Source of the DNA: Escherichia phage T4
Direction: 5' to 3' (one strand)
Sequence record: NC_000866.4
Length of the DNA stretch: 64,000 nucleotides
Shown: positions 52,066 through 61,389 of the stretch, piece after piece
Layout of the letters: the number at the start of each line of letters is the position of its first letter
How positions within the stretch are numbered: position 1 is the first letter of the stretch
The notes under the pieces: model-generated
Seen by the model: only the letters and a program-made list of their open reading frames with translations
Told to the model about the DNA's origin: nothing
The model's database searches: none
Translations under genes and position numbers: made by a program

Positions 52066-52917
52066 TCAATCCAGATAGTCTGAAAATTTCATCATCATAT
52101 TGTTGAATAGAAATATCAGCTCTTCAATTTGCTTATTAAAATAATCAATTTGTTCAGAATGTTTTTCGTTACTACGAACTGGTACAGGTTTTGTAGGCAA
52201 TTTAGTTGAACTGGATTCATTCGGGCGATAAATTAAAATGCAATTTGAACCAATCGGGCATTTAGCACCAGATGAATATTCTAACGTTCCAGCTTCTTTT
52301 AAAACTTCAAAAGCTAAACAGAGATGATGCCCCATATTAACATAATCAGTAGAGCGAGCTCTGATGTAATAATCATCTCCACGAGTGCTAAATTTAAAGC
52401 ATTTAAGGTCTTCTGTATTATTAGTTTTAAAAATCATTTGTTTATCTAGACCTTTAGCCAATCGAGCACCTAATGCTAATAATCGTCGTTGATTTTCCCA
52501 CAAATCTGCGATCATTTGGTCAAATGATAATTTCGGCATTAGCCGACCATAAAGGTCATATCCTTTATTATAATTGCGAAGGATTTCACTCGCATTAATA
52601 CGAGACAACGCTCCAATTTTATTAAGGGCTTTCATAATACGATTAGATAAACTCATTCCAGACCCGTTTGTTCGCTGTAAATGTTTTTCTAATCCAAATC
52701 CAATATCAACTTTAAATTTATCTAAAATTTCAGCATGAACATCTCTGTCAATAACATTCAAATCCAAAGTTGGGTTAAATCTATGAAAAAATTTATCTGG
52801 CTCTCCACGACGTAAAACAGTCCATTCATTCATCATTTTTTTATTAACTAAAGATTTAATTACTGCGTTGACATTATTAATTACTACTGACATATTTTCC
52901 TCACTCAATTTTACCAA
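52066..52917 (-). CDS. hypothetical protein
   Basis: 283-aa ORF. Confidence 0.55.
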   Translation of the reverse strand: MVKLSEENMSVVINNVNAVIKSLVNKKMMNEWTVLRRGEPDKFFHRFNPTLDLNVIDRDVHAEILDKFKVDIGFGLEKHLQRTNGSGMSLSNRIMKALNKIGALSRINASEILRNYNKGYDLYGRLMPKLSFDQMIADLWENQRRLLALGARLAKGLDKQMIFKTNNTEDLKCFKFSTRGDDYYIRARSTDYVNMGHHLCLAFEVLKEAGTLEYSSGAKCPIGSNCILIYRPNESSSTKLPTKPVPVRSNEKHSEQIDYFNKQIEELIFLFNNMMMKFSDYLD

Positions 52918-53302
52918 TTACGCGGAATAAGATTGAACAGACTATATAAGTACCACATATAGATTGAACTAATGCCATTCCAAAGAACCAAACAATATTA
53001 TCAAACCATGTCTGTTTTACGTCGAAAGGACGTAAACTTACAGTAATATTATCACCTTTTTCTATTGAAGAATACGTCTCTGGGGAAATATATTCACTAA
53101 ATCTATAACCGTCTTTGAGTTCATATACAGCAATAAACGATAAACTAGACCCCTTTCCTTGAGTTCCTGTAAGGGTATTAACTACAGTAACATCATAATC
53201 TTTATAATGCATATAATCATTAATTGCGTAATAACCATATGCAATTACTATACATAAACAACATATCAATAAATTCAATCTTTTAATTATCAACTGTTTC
53301 AT
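52901..53302 (-). CDS. hypothetical membrane protein
   Basis: 133-aa ORF with N-terminal hydrophobic helix. Confidence 0.55.
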   Translation of the reverse strand: MKQLIIKRLNLLICCLCIVIAYGYYAINDYMHYKDYDVTVVNTLTGTQGKGSSLSFIAVYELKDGYRFSEYISPETYSSIEKGDNITVSLRPFDVKQTWFDNIVWFFGMALVQSICGTYIVCSILFRVIGKIE

Positions 53303-53357
53303 AATAATCTCAATTAAAAGGGCTTAGAACCATTATACCATCCTTGGTATAAAGCGG

Positions 53358-53885
53358 TTATGCGAGTACCGTATTTAACCGTTCTTCAAACTTCCGAAGA
53401 GTGTTCTGGCGTTCAGCTCTTTGCTTTTTGTAAGTTTCAATACGCTCTGAAATGAGAGTGTATCGTTCATTTACTGATTCTTTCATAAAATCAGGAATTT
53501 CTCGAGAAGCTTTAATCTCGTCAAATTTATCAATAACAGCTTGCTCTTCAGCAATTAAGTTATCATACATCAAAATATCTTTCTTGATGAACTCAATATC
53601 TTCTTGAGTTACACGAGATAATTTAGATGCTTTATCCTTTTTGTACTGTTCGTTAGTATCACGAGACCAGTGTAATGTACGATTTTTATTCGTATTCTTG
53701 TAAATTTCTACAATACCAATCTCATCGATAATAACGATCCAATTCCAACGGGATTTGTAAATTTGTCCTCCATTAACAGTGATTTCACCTCCGATTGAGA
53801 TGTCATTAAAGAACTTGCTTTGTGCTTCTGATTTAAATTTACCATCGTTGTAATTTACCAGGTTGAAAATATCTTTAGCGTTCAT
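53358..53885 (-). CDS. hypothetical protein
   Basis: ORF MNAKDIFNLVNYNDGKF... (ATG at 53883-53885 behind SD GGAGGAA); the longer ORF-track start would overlap the promoter. Confidence 0.55.
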   Translation of the reverse strand: MNAKDIFNLVNYNDGKFKSEAQSKFFNDISIGGEITVNGGQIYKSRWNWIVIIDEIGIVEIYKNTNKNRTLHWSRDTNEQYKKDKASKLSRVTQEDIEFIKKDILMYDNLIAEEQAVIDKFDEIKASREIPDFMKESVNERYTLISERIETYKKQRAERQNTLRKFEERLNTVLA

Positions 53886-53911
53886 TTTGTGTTCCTCCGT
53901 AGTTGATAGTT

Positions 53912-53943
53912 GTATAGTACCACAGAGGAACGGTCTTGTAAAC
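53912..53943 (-). promoter_or_regulatory. early sigma70-type promoter
   Basis: Minus strand GTTTAC -35 with a TATAC-type -10, same arrangement as the other early promoters here. Confidence 0.5.
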
Positions 53944-53945
53944 AA

Positions 53946-54260
53946 CTAAAAGAAACTTCTTTCACAATTTTTTCCACTGAACCAAGCGCTCACTGCTTTC
54001 TTAGTTTCAGGAGCAGTGTTATCCATAAACCATTCAAAGGCAGCCTTTTTATGATTCTGGAGGGCTTCTCGGGCTTTAATCTGCTCACGGTCTATTAACA
54101 CTAACATATGAGCCTTTCTTGTCACCAGGGGCTTCTTATGATTTTTTGAATACTCCCAATCATTTGTCCATCGCATCGTTGTTGCGAATTGAAATACAGC
54201 TTCTTTAATCTTAGTTTCGTAAATTTCACGAGCCTTTGAGTATAACATCATTACCTCCAT
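53946..54260 (-). CDS. hypothetical protein
   Basis: 104-aa ORF. Confidence 0.5.
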   Translation of the reverse strand: MEVMMLYSKAREIYETKIKEAVFQFATTMRWTNDWEYSKNHKKPLVTRKAHMLVLIDREQIKAREALQNHKKAAFEWFMDNTAPETKKAVSAWFSGKNCERSFF

Positions 54261-54342
54261 TTACCAGTTTAATTCTAGTCATCTTTTTGATGGCAGTCCA
54301 TATAATCTATTTCTGAACTGCCTTTTTGTCTTAGAAGGCCTC

Positions 54343-55332
54343 TTATGAATTTATTTCAGAAGAGTAACCCGTAGCGATTTCTTCCCAACCGTTTTTGTCG
54401 GTCATAATAAAGTCAGCAAGATAAAGTGCAGTACGCAGTGAAACATTACGTAAACGGTTAACATTGACTTTCATCCATGATAATGCTTTATAAGTTTCTT
54501 CATCAGAAAGACCACGCTTTTGCATCATGTCGGTTGAAAGAATAACATCTTCAACCCTGACCATAATTTCTTCATTAGTGTGAACACCCAAATCCAAATA
54601 AACTGAGCGGGACACTAATGCTTGTAAATGTGGAGCAAGTTTAGTACCACGGTCTAATTCGCGGTCAATGTCAACGTTTGTGATAAAAACAATTGTTCCT
54701 TTAAATTCGAGCTCACGCTCAATGCCTTTTTCTTCTAAGTAAGAAGATGCAGTGCTCCAGCAGACTTTACGGGTCTCTCCAGTGTCCAGAGCAGCTTTCA
54801 GAAGATTAAGAATGTCCATATCAGAGAAAACATCCACATCATCAATCAAAAGGACAGAATTCTCTTCACGATTATTCCAAAGCTGTTCATAAAGACCGAT
54901 ACCAGAGATTTTACCGTTAATGCTTTTATACTCAATGTATCCAATATCATTTGCTTTATTCAAAGCTTTATCTAAAGAATATGTTTTACCAATACCCGCC
55001 GCACCAGAGATAATTAATGAACGAATATTTCCGTTAATAATACCATTCGTCATCATTCCCATAACATTAAATCTTTTATTAATGCGGGTTTTCATATCTT
55101 CATATGATTCTTTAACTTCTTCAACTTTTACACCATCATATGAAATGTCTGATTTGTAAACCCAAACACCGCGACGTTTACCGTCAATTTCAACAAAAAC
55201 TTTACCATCTCCTTGTGCATCTACCGGAGCATTATCAGGGAACCATTCACCTAAGAGCTCAAAAGTTCCAGAGATTTCTTTACCGAAGTACATACCCTTA
55301 TTGATAGTTACAGTTTTCATTTTATTCTCCAA
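54343..55332 (-). CDS. predicted P-loop NTPase (AAA-like ATPase)
   Basis: 329-aa ORF with Walker A GAAGIGKT and Walker B LLIDDVD. Confidence 0.65.
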   Translation of the reverse strand: MENKMKTVTINKGMYFGKEISGTFELLGEWFPDNAPVDAQGDGKVFVEIDGKRRGVWVYKSDISYDGVKVEEVKESYEDMKTRINKRFNVMGMMTNGIINGNIRSLIISGAAGIGKTYSLDKALNKANDIGYIEYKSINGKISGIGLYEQLWNNREENSVLLIDDVDVFSDMDILNLLKAALDTGETRKVCWSTASSYLEEKGIERELEFKGTIVFITNVDIDRELDRGTKLAPHLQALVSRSVYLDLGVHTNEEIMVRVEDVILSTDMMQKRGLSDEETYKALSWMKVNVNRLRNVSLRTALYLADFIMTDKNGWEEIATGYSSEINS

Positions 55333-55352
55333 ATCCGTATCAGTTGATAGTT

Positions 55353-55384
55353 GTATAGTACCATAAAGCTTTATGCTTGTAAAC
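55353..55384 (-). promoter_or_regulatory. early sigma70-type promoter
   Basis: Minus strand GTTTAC -35 with an A-rich upstream tract. Confidence 0.5.
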
Positions 55385-55412
55385 CGTTTTGTGAAAAAAT
55401 TTTGAAATAAAA

Positions 55413-55432
55413 AAGGGAGCCCGAAGGCTCCC
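55413..55432 (-). terminator. UUCG-tetraloop hairpin
   Basis: agggagc-ccgaagg-ctccct inverted repeat directly after the 55435 stop. Confidence 0.55.
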
Positions 55433-55434
55433 TA

Positions 55435-56445
55435 TCATTTATAATAACTTCGATGGTTTTCAAGATAAACCCTCTCAAGGAAGTCATCCCAGAAACTCAT
55501 GTCTACTTTTTGCTGCATACCGTTCTTAGAAGCTTCAGTAGATGCTGCTTCTACTTGATCGACCACATCTTCCAAAAACTCTTGAACGGTTTTAAATGGA
55601 TGCTTACCCAACTTCACGTCGAGAATAAATGGAGCATCTTGGAGTGGATAAACCAAGTCACCAGTTTTGTAAATTTCCAATAGTTGAAGTCCACCACGAC
55701 AAGCATGGCTCAGAGCTTTCCAGTCAATGCCTTCATTGGCTTCGGCCTTACGAGCACGTTCGCCGTATTCAGCATCTAATTTGTTCAGTGACTGCTTAAG
55801 CTCAATAAGAGAAAGCGTTGTCTGATATTTACGACCCAACACTGTGTAAAACGTTTGTGGGCCTGTTTTCTCATGATTATGGAACACCCATTCACAGAAT
55901 TCGTTTTCTGGAAGACGATGCTTAATATCTTCAACTTTAGTACGACGCTGCTTAATGGAACCATCTTCTTGGTAATCAACCCATTGCTCAGGGATTTGAT
56001 TAACTACTTTCAATACATCGCGTAATGCAGCCAAACGAGAACCCTTGACGCCGTATTTAGAAGCTTGCTTGCGGACATATCCTAAATATGATTTCATGTT
56101 AGTCGTATAAAAACGAGAACGGTTGTCTTGAATAAACTTCCAAACATCAGGCAAATCGGATTTAACCACTAGTTCAGGTGGAGTGTGAAGCATATCCAAT
56201 GCTACAGGTTCACCATCTGCTGCTAATTTAAAGAAATACTTAAGACTATACAATTCGTGGTCAATATTATCTTTAGTGTTTTTAGATGATGTGTTGTTGG
56301 TATTTTTACTCATGTGCTCTTTGACGTTTCCAATAAGAATATCGCGAGCAGGAGGAACAAAGATTTCTTTAAAATCTACATCAGATTCTGGAGTAGAAGT
56401 TCCATAAAGATGACTACCAAAATAAGACTTAACTACAGTTTTCAT
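55435..56445 (-). CDS. predicted Pol-beta-type nucleotidyltransferase
   Basis: ORF with the minimal NTase motif GSHLYGTSTPESDVD (GS...S/D-x-D); ATG at 56443-56445. Confidence 0.6.
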   Translation of the reverse strand: MKTVVKSYFGSHLYGTSTPESDVDFKEIFVPPARDILIGNVKEHMSKNTNNTSSKNTKDNIDHELYSLKYFFKLAADGEPVALDMLHTPPELVVKSDLPDVWKFIQDNRSRFYTTNMKSYLGYVRKQASKYGVKGSRLAALRDVLKVVNQIPEQWVDYQEDGSIKQRRTKVEDIKHRLPENEFCEWVFHNHEKTGPQTFYTVLGRKYQTTLSLIELKQSLNKLDAEYGERARKAEANEGIDWKALSHACRGGLQLLEIYKTGDLVYPLQDAPFILDVKLGKHPFKTVQEFLEDVVDQVEAASTEASKNGMQQKVDMSFWDDFLERVYLENHRSYYK

Positions 56446-57208
56446 TATTAGACCTTTCATAATCTTCATTAAATTGTACAATCAATCGATGATAATTAGA
56501 TTTTGGATATCCTAATTTACTTATATAAGTTCCGAATGACCCACGTTTAGGTCTATTTAATTTAATCCATAACTTATAAAGTAAGTCATAGTCTTGCCAA
56601 TGTTTACCAGTTCTTTGTCTAATTTTAGATGAATTTGATTGTTTCTTTTTAGCTTCAAAATTATTCAAAGATTTTTTGACTGCAGCAGAGTGTTTTTCTT
56701 TAACTCCCGGTCGTTTAAAAGCAGCTTTCACCCCTTTAGATATTTTTTCTTTAACTTCCGGTTTGTTTTGTGCTTCTAACTGGGATTCTGAAATTTTAGC
56801 CCTTATTTCAGGAAGACTTAATGTTATCGAACGTTTTTCTCTGTATTCATTAGACTTCCACATTTCTTTCATTGTATTAGAATGTATTTTTGAAAATTTT
56901 TCTCTAACTAACTGATATCCTCTTGAAGTTAATTTGAGATTTCTTCCTAAAGAATCTTCTCCAAAATTATAAAATGACCACCATGCATAAATTAATCCAG
57001 GCGAATTGTAATGAATTTTAGCTAAAAGCCAATGGGCTATAAAATGCTCTCTAGCTGTTAATAAAACTAGATTATCAGAATCATCATTACCACCAATACA
57101 AGATGGAATAATATGATGCTTTTCCGTATAAAAATTTAATTTAGATTTATCTAATTTTCTGAGTTTTCCTTTCTTAATTAAATTATTATATACTTTAGTA
57201 TAATTCAT
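56429..57208 (-). CDS. mobD: HNH homing endonuclease MobD
   Basis: 259-aa ORF with HNH motif (HHIIPSCIGGNDDSDNLVLLTAREH). Confidence 0.8.
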   Translation of the reverse strand: MNYTKVYNNLIKKGKLRKLDKSKLNFYTEKHHIIPSCIGGNDDSDNLVLLTAREHFIAHWLLAKIHYNSPGLIYAWWSFYNFGEDSLGRNLKLTSRGYQLVREKFSKIHSNTMKEMWKSNEYREKRSITLSLPEIRAKISESQLEAQNKPEVKEKISKGVKAAFKRPGVKEKHSAAVKKSLNNFEAKKKQSNSSKIRQRTGKHWQDYDLLYKLWIKLNRPKRGSFGTYISKLGYPKSNYHRLIVQFNEDYERSNNENCS

Positions 57209-57282
57209 TGGTTCTTCGTCTCATTTAATTTTGCTTTGCATTTATAACACATGTCTGTTCCACTTGAAATAAACATATTTCC

Positions 57283-57828
57283 TCACTTTGAAATCATAGT
57301 TGGAATAACAGAATCAAGATAAGTCTTTAGTGCAATAGCTTCCTCTTTCTTTAATGTAATGATATGTGATCGAAAATCATCAATTTGACGAATAGATACT
57401 ACATCTCCCTCTTCATAGCATTTTGAAACATTTAAAATAGTTTCATCATTCTGATTACAGGAGTTAGTAATAATAGCATTACATTTTTTAAACCATTTTA
57501 AATTATGTTTTCTTTTAGTAGAATCATAAAAATATTTAATGTTAGTTATAAAATTATCCCAATTATTAATTGATAAGCACATTGACTCGCTTTTAATATT
57601 AAATCCTGGGCATGAAGAATAAAAATGAATTTTATGCTCATCATTAATGCTTACAATTTTATCAGTGTAAGCATATTCAATTTGGGTTAAACGAACAATT
57701 TCGCTAGGCGTAAAATATAACATGTCATCTTCTTGCGTCAAACGATACATGTTATTTACTTTTTCTATAGCCAATTCACCAAAAAGTGGACTAACTTCTA
57801 ATACTAGTCGTTTCGCCTCGCTCATCAT
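57283..57828 (-). CDS. hypothetical protein
   Basis: 181-aa ORF. Confidence 0.55.
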   Translation of the reverse strand: MMSEAKRLVLEVSPLFGELAIEKVNNMYRLTQEDDMLYFTPSEIVRLTQIEYAYTDKIVSINDEHKIHFYSSCPGFNIKSESMCLSINNWDNFITNIKYFYDSTKRKHNLKWFKKCNAIITNSCNQNDETILNVSKCYEEGDVVSIRQIDDFRSHIITLKKEEAIALKTYLDSVIPTMISK

Positions 57829-58154
57829 TACATACTCCTCTGAATCATATTAATAATGTTATTCACCAGATTATAAGTAAACATTGGGTAATTATATTGA
57901 ATCATCACATATATAACAAACAAAACTTTCATTCTCTTCTCCTTGGCAGTTGACAAGATTACTATACCATAATCTTGTCAACTTGTAAACCATTAAATGA
58001 CGTTTTCGATAAAATTTTGAAGCTTTGTATGAGCATCAACCATGATTTTCATTTCTTCCTTGGAAAAGCTGTGCCTCTTTCCCGAGAAGAACATTCATAG
58101 TCAGAAACTGCATTAGCATATTCTTCAATTAGCTTCATTAAAAACATCTGTTTT

Positions 58155-58349
58155 TCAGTTTTCATTATTCCACCTAATCATTTCAAGATATTGAACTAAC
58201 TTAGCTTTGGATTTATCCAAATCCCTTTTAGCTGCTTCTATACCGTCGTATGAATATCCTTCACAATGCTCAACTGCTAATTGATATGAATCTATTTCAA
58301 TATCATGCGCTAATTTAATGATTTTTTCAAACTGTTCGCGTGTTAGCAT
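58155..58349 (-). CDS. hypothetical small protein
   Basis: 64-aa ORF. Confidence 0.5.
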   Translation of the reverse strand: MLTREQFEKIIKLAHDIEIDSYQLAVEHCEGYSYDGIEAAKRDLDKSKAKLVQYLEMIRWNNEN

Positions 58350-58351
58350 AC

Positions 58352-58570
58352 TTAAACTCTCGTATTATGATCGATAATTTCATCAAGAAACATATCTAAC
58401 GCTTCTACAGCATTATTAACTTTAGCTTCAAATTCTTCAATACCTGATAAGGCAAAGTTAATGCGTTCCTCATCTGCTTTACGAATTAAAGCTACCAATT
58501 CCTTAATTTTATCCGCTTGTTCGATACTAATCATTATTCCACCACATATGAAAGAGAGAATATTGCACAC
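58352..58570 (-). CDS. hypothetical small protein
   Basis: 72-aa ORF. Confidence 0.5.
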
Positions 58571-58722
58571 GCCATGTGAGTTGCAACTTCATCACACATA
58601 TTATAACGTTTCTTAAGAAGTTCTACAAGTTCTTCACTAGTAACTTCATCCATGTCGACGAAAAAATCACCATTAATGATGACGTAGATATTTCCTTCTT
58701 GATTGAGTGCTTCAATTTTCAT
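58534..58722 (-). CDS. hypothetical small protein
   Basis: [21 protein letters not shown]... (ATG at 58720-58722 behind SD GAGGAGA). Confidence 0.5.
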
Positions 58723-58748
58723 GATGTTCTCCTCTTTATCCGATGGTT

Positions 58749-58780
58749 GTATAGTACCACAGCTCAAACGGAAAGTAAAC
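58749..58780 (-). promoter_or_regulatory. early sigma70-type promoter
   Basis: Minus strand GTTTAC -35 with a TATAC-type -10. Confidence 0.5.
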
Positions 58781-58795
58781 CGGTAAAATGAAAAA

Positions 58796-58815
58796 AAGTC
58801 TCCCGAAGGAGACTA
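58796..58815 (-). terminator. UUCG-tetraloop hairpin
   Basis: agtctcc-cgaa-ggagact inverted repeat after the 58819 stop. Confidence 0.55.
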
Positions 58816-58818
58816 ATG

Positions 58819-59205
58819 TTATTCGAGGGAAAGAAGATACTTACTCTGGTAAAACATTCCAGTAATATCATCTATCGTGCTTTGGATGGCTGGAGGCATT
58901 TCTTTATAAATGCTGTTAGATTGGTCTAGTATGCGATCAATCATTTTAATTGTGTCGGTAGGAAGTTTACTGGCATCTGGAATTGAAGGCGTGTATTTTC
59001 GACCAGAATACCCCAAATATTGCTCACCAAATTTATCAATCAAATCTGGCAACTCGGAAAAAATAAAATCGTATGCTTTGTGTCTAGCATAACTTTTAGT
59101 TTCAAAATGTGCAGAATGAAAATAAGCTTGTGCAGCCATTAATAAACCTAAGTATTCATCTGCCTTTGAAGGTTTTCCACTTTGTGAAAAGTCGCTGAAT
59201 TTCAT
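58819..59205 (-). CDS. hypothetical protein
   Basis: 128-aa ORF, start overlaps the rI stop. Confidence 0.55.
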   Translation of the reverse strand: MKFSDFSQSGKPSKADEYLGLLMAAQAYFHSAHFETKSYARHKAYDFIFSELPDLIDKFGEQYLGYSGRKYTPSIPDASKLPTDTIKMIDRILDQSNSIYKEMPPAIQSTIDDITGMFYQSKYLLSLE

Positions 59206-59495
59206 TCAGTCTCCAATTTAATGTTCATAATTCTAGCGTATGATTGTGCCATCTCCGCGCCTCGCTCTATACATTCAAAATCAGAAGAGCACGGGTCATT
59301 TTTATAGGTCGTTCTCATAAAACTATAGAATTGTTCAGACGATTCTACGCTTTTATTTTCAAAAAGCATATAAACGTGCCTAATACCAGATTCCATAAAT
59401 TTATCAAAATGAGGATCGACATTCGCTTCAATCGATGGAGATAAAACAAATGACAATCCTAGCATGGCAAAAAGTGCTGTTGCTTTTAAGGCCAT
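59202..59495 (-). CDS. rI: lysis-inhibition regulator rI (periplasmic antiholin)
   Basis: 97-aa ORF MALKATALFAMLGLSFVLSPSIEANVDPHFDKF... with N-terminal signal-anchor. Confidence 0.85.
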   Translation of the reverse strand: MALKATALFAMLGLSFVLSPSIEANVDPHFDKFMESGIRHVYMLFENKSVESSEQFYSFMRTTYKNDPCSSDFECIERGAEMAQSYARIMNIKLETE

Positions 59496-59507
59496 AAAGG
59501 CCTCCTA

Positions 59508-59720
59508 TCATTTTTGTCCTGTATTTACTTTGTGCCGATGCACGGCCTTAACTTTATCAAGGTATTTTTCAAAATTTCGCAATCTAGTATAGTCTGCCGG
59601 AGATTGGTTGAGTGATACTTCTCGACGCAAAGCTGAAATGATATTTCCAACTTCCCTACGAATTTCATCTAATTGAAGAACAGTAAGATTGCGAAGTTGC
59701 TTTTCAGTTAATTGTAGCAT
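59508..59720 (-). CDS. hypothetical small protein
   Basis: 70-aa ORF. Confidence 0.5.
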
Positions 59721-59762
59721 ATATACCCCTTTAGTTAGATAAACCTATTTATAACTTTTGCA

Positions 59763-60344
59763 CTAACCGAGCTTTTTAGTTAATTCATTCCAATGTTTTC
59801 TACACAAAGAAACATAAATTTCATCACCAATACAAATTTGATTACCTTCTTTAACTGGTGTTCCATCTTCCATTAATCGAGCTGTCATAATCGCTTTTTT
59901 ACCACAATGACAAACTGCTTTTAGTTCAATAAGTTTATCTGCAATCGCTAAAAGTTCTTTAGAACCTTCAAATAATTTTCCAGCGAAATCAGTCCTTAGC
60001 CCATAAGCCATAACAGGAACATTATATGTATCAACAATTCGGCTCAATTGATGCACCTGTTCAGTTTTTAAAAACTGAGCTTCATCTACAAATACGCAAT
60101 GAATATCTTTTTGTGCTTCAGCCCATTTATAGAACTCGAAAATATCCATATCATCTGTAATAATATTCGCTTCCTGCTTAATTCCAATGCGAGAAACGAC
60201 TTCACAGACAGAATCGCGAGTATCAATAGCAGGCTTAAGAACTAATACACTCATTCCACGTTCTTTATAATTATGTGCAGCAATCAAAAGAGAAGCAGAT
60301 TTTCCAGCATTCATTGCTGCATAAGTAAAAATTAAACTCGCCAT
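59763..60344 (-). CDS. tk: thymidine kinase
   Basis: 193-aa ORF, P-loop AMNAGKS, C-terminal zinc CxxC. Confidence 0.94.
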   Translation of the reverse strand: MASLIFTYAAMNAGKSASLLIAAHNYKERGMSVLVLKPAIDTRDSVCEVVSRIGIKQEANIITDDMDIFEFYKWAEAQKDIHCVFVDEAQFLKTEQVHQLSRIVDTYNVPVMAYGLRTDFAGKLFEGSKELLAIADKLIELKAVCHCGKKAIMTARLMEDGTPVKEGNQICIGDEIYVSLCRKHWNELTKKLG

Positions 60345-60345
60345 C

Positions 60346-60534
60346 TTAGTCCTTAGTTAAATTTTCTAAATATGTTTCTAAATCATTTTCAGCTTTATCG
60401 ATAGATTTTACTAATTCGTAATATGTTTCGGCATCTCCATATTCAGAAGATATTTCAAAAGACAAATCCTTTTCTAAACTAATAATTTCACCAACTAAAA
60501 ATAATATTTCGTTCTTTTGTTCGCGAGTAATCAT
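60346..60534 (-). CDS. hypothetical small protein
   Basis: 62-aa ORF. Confidence 0.5.
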   Translation of the reverse strand: MITREQKNEILFLVGEIISLEKDLSFEISSEYGDAETYYELVKSIDKAENDLETYLENLTKD

Positions 60535-60722
60535 AAGGAATTTATATAATCAATGAGTTCTTGTTCTTTATTATCGAATTCTTTAGAAAGTTCTTCGTAC
60601 TCGTTTGCGCTAAAAGGACCGCATTCATTACAAACTTTTTCCAATTCACTATTTTTATCCATAACTTCGTGGATAAGAGAAAAGAGTGTGTCTTTTTGTT
60701 CTTTGCTTAAACTCATAACCAT
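60531..60722 (-). CDS. hypothetical small protein
   Basis: 63-aa ORF, paralogous in style to 60346..60534 (...SKEQKDTLFSL / ...TREQKNEILFL). Confidence 0.5.
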   Translation of the reverse strand: MVMSLSKEQKDTLFSLIHEVMDKNSELEKVCNECGPFSANEYEELSKEFDNKEQELIDYINSL

Positions 60723-60940
60723 GTCACCTTTAAGCAGTATTCTTCTACATGCTGTTTACGACCTTTCTTATCAATAAAGGTATATTCAACGAATGTTCCA
60801 ATGTAGTCTTTATCTACATCATGTGGACTATTAATTGGACATTTAGTGCGACAAATGCGTTCCCATTGACGAATAATTACTGCCTTATTCTTTGGGTCAT
60901 ATGGATGTGGATAATGTATATTCATAATAATGGTTCCCAA
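60713..60940 (-). CDS. hypothetical small protein
   Basis: 75-aa ORF. Confidence 0.5.
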   Translation of the reverse strand: MGTIIMNIHYPHPYDPKNKAVIIRQWERICRTKCPINSPHDVDKDYIGTFVEYTFIDKKGRKQHVEEYCLKVTWL

Positions 60941-61389
60941 TCAACAATCACAATTTCTAATTTAGAGGAATATGTATCTAAAATCCCCTCAATAATATCC
61001 CAGTTCCCTTTACCTATGCCTGCACCAATCCTAGGCATATAGATTGTAGGTTTAATCAGTTTATTTTCACCAAACTCATTTAATTCTAACATACAATTCA
61101 TTAAAGCGGAATACTCAAAATTTGGCCCTGGTTGAAATTGAGTATAAAGATTGAAGCAGTAAGCTTTATGAGTCCTAAAGTATTTTTCATAGACTGAGTA
61201 AGAACCGAGTTTAGTTACATCACCCCATTCAGTCTGTAATTTATCAGCTTCCAAAATTTTAGGGAAAGCTTTGGTTAATTGACCCGCTACGCCTGAACCC
61301 ATAGTATGAAAACAATTACATCCATGTGCAATATTTTTACCTTCAGCGAAAAGGGCGACAATATCGCCCTTGATATATTTTACAATCAT
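60922..61389 (-). CDS. macro-domain protein (predicted ADP-ribose binding/hydrolase)
   Basis: 155-aa ORF with macro-domain signatures KGDIV...IAHGCNC..MGSGVAG and PRIGAGIGKG. Confidence 0.72.
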   Translation of the reverse strand: MIVKYIKGDIVALFAEGKNIAHGCNCFHTMGSGVAGQLTKAFPKILEADKLQTEWGDVTKLGSYSVYEKYFRTHKAYCFNLYTQFQPGPNFEYSALMNCMLELNEFGENKLIKPTIYMPRIGAGIGKGNWDIIEGILDTYSSKLEIVIVDWEPLL

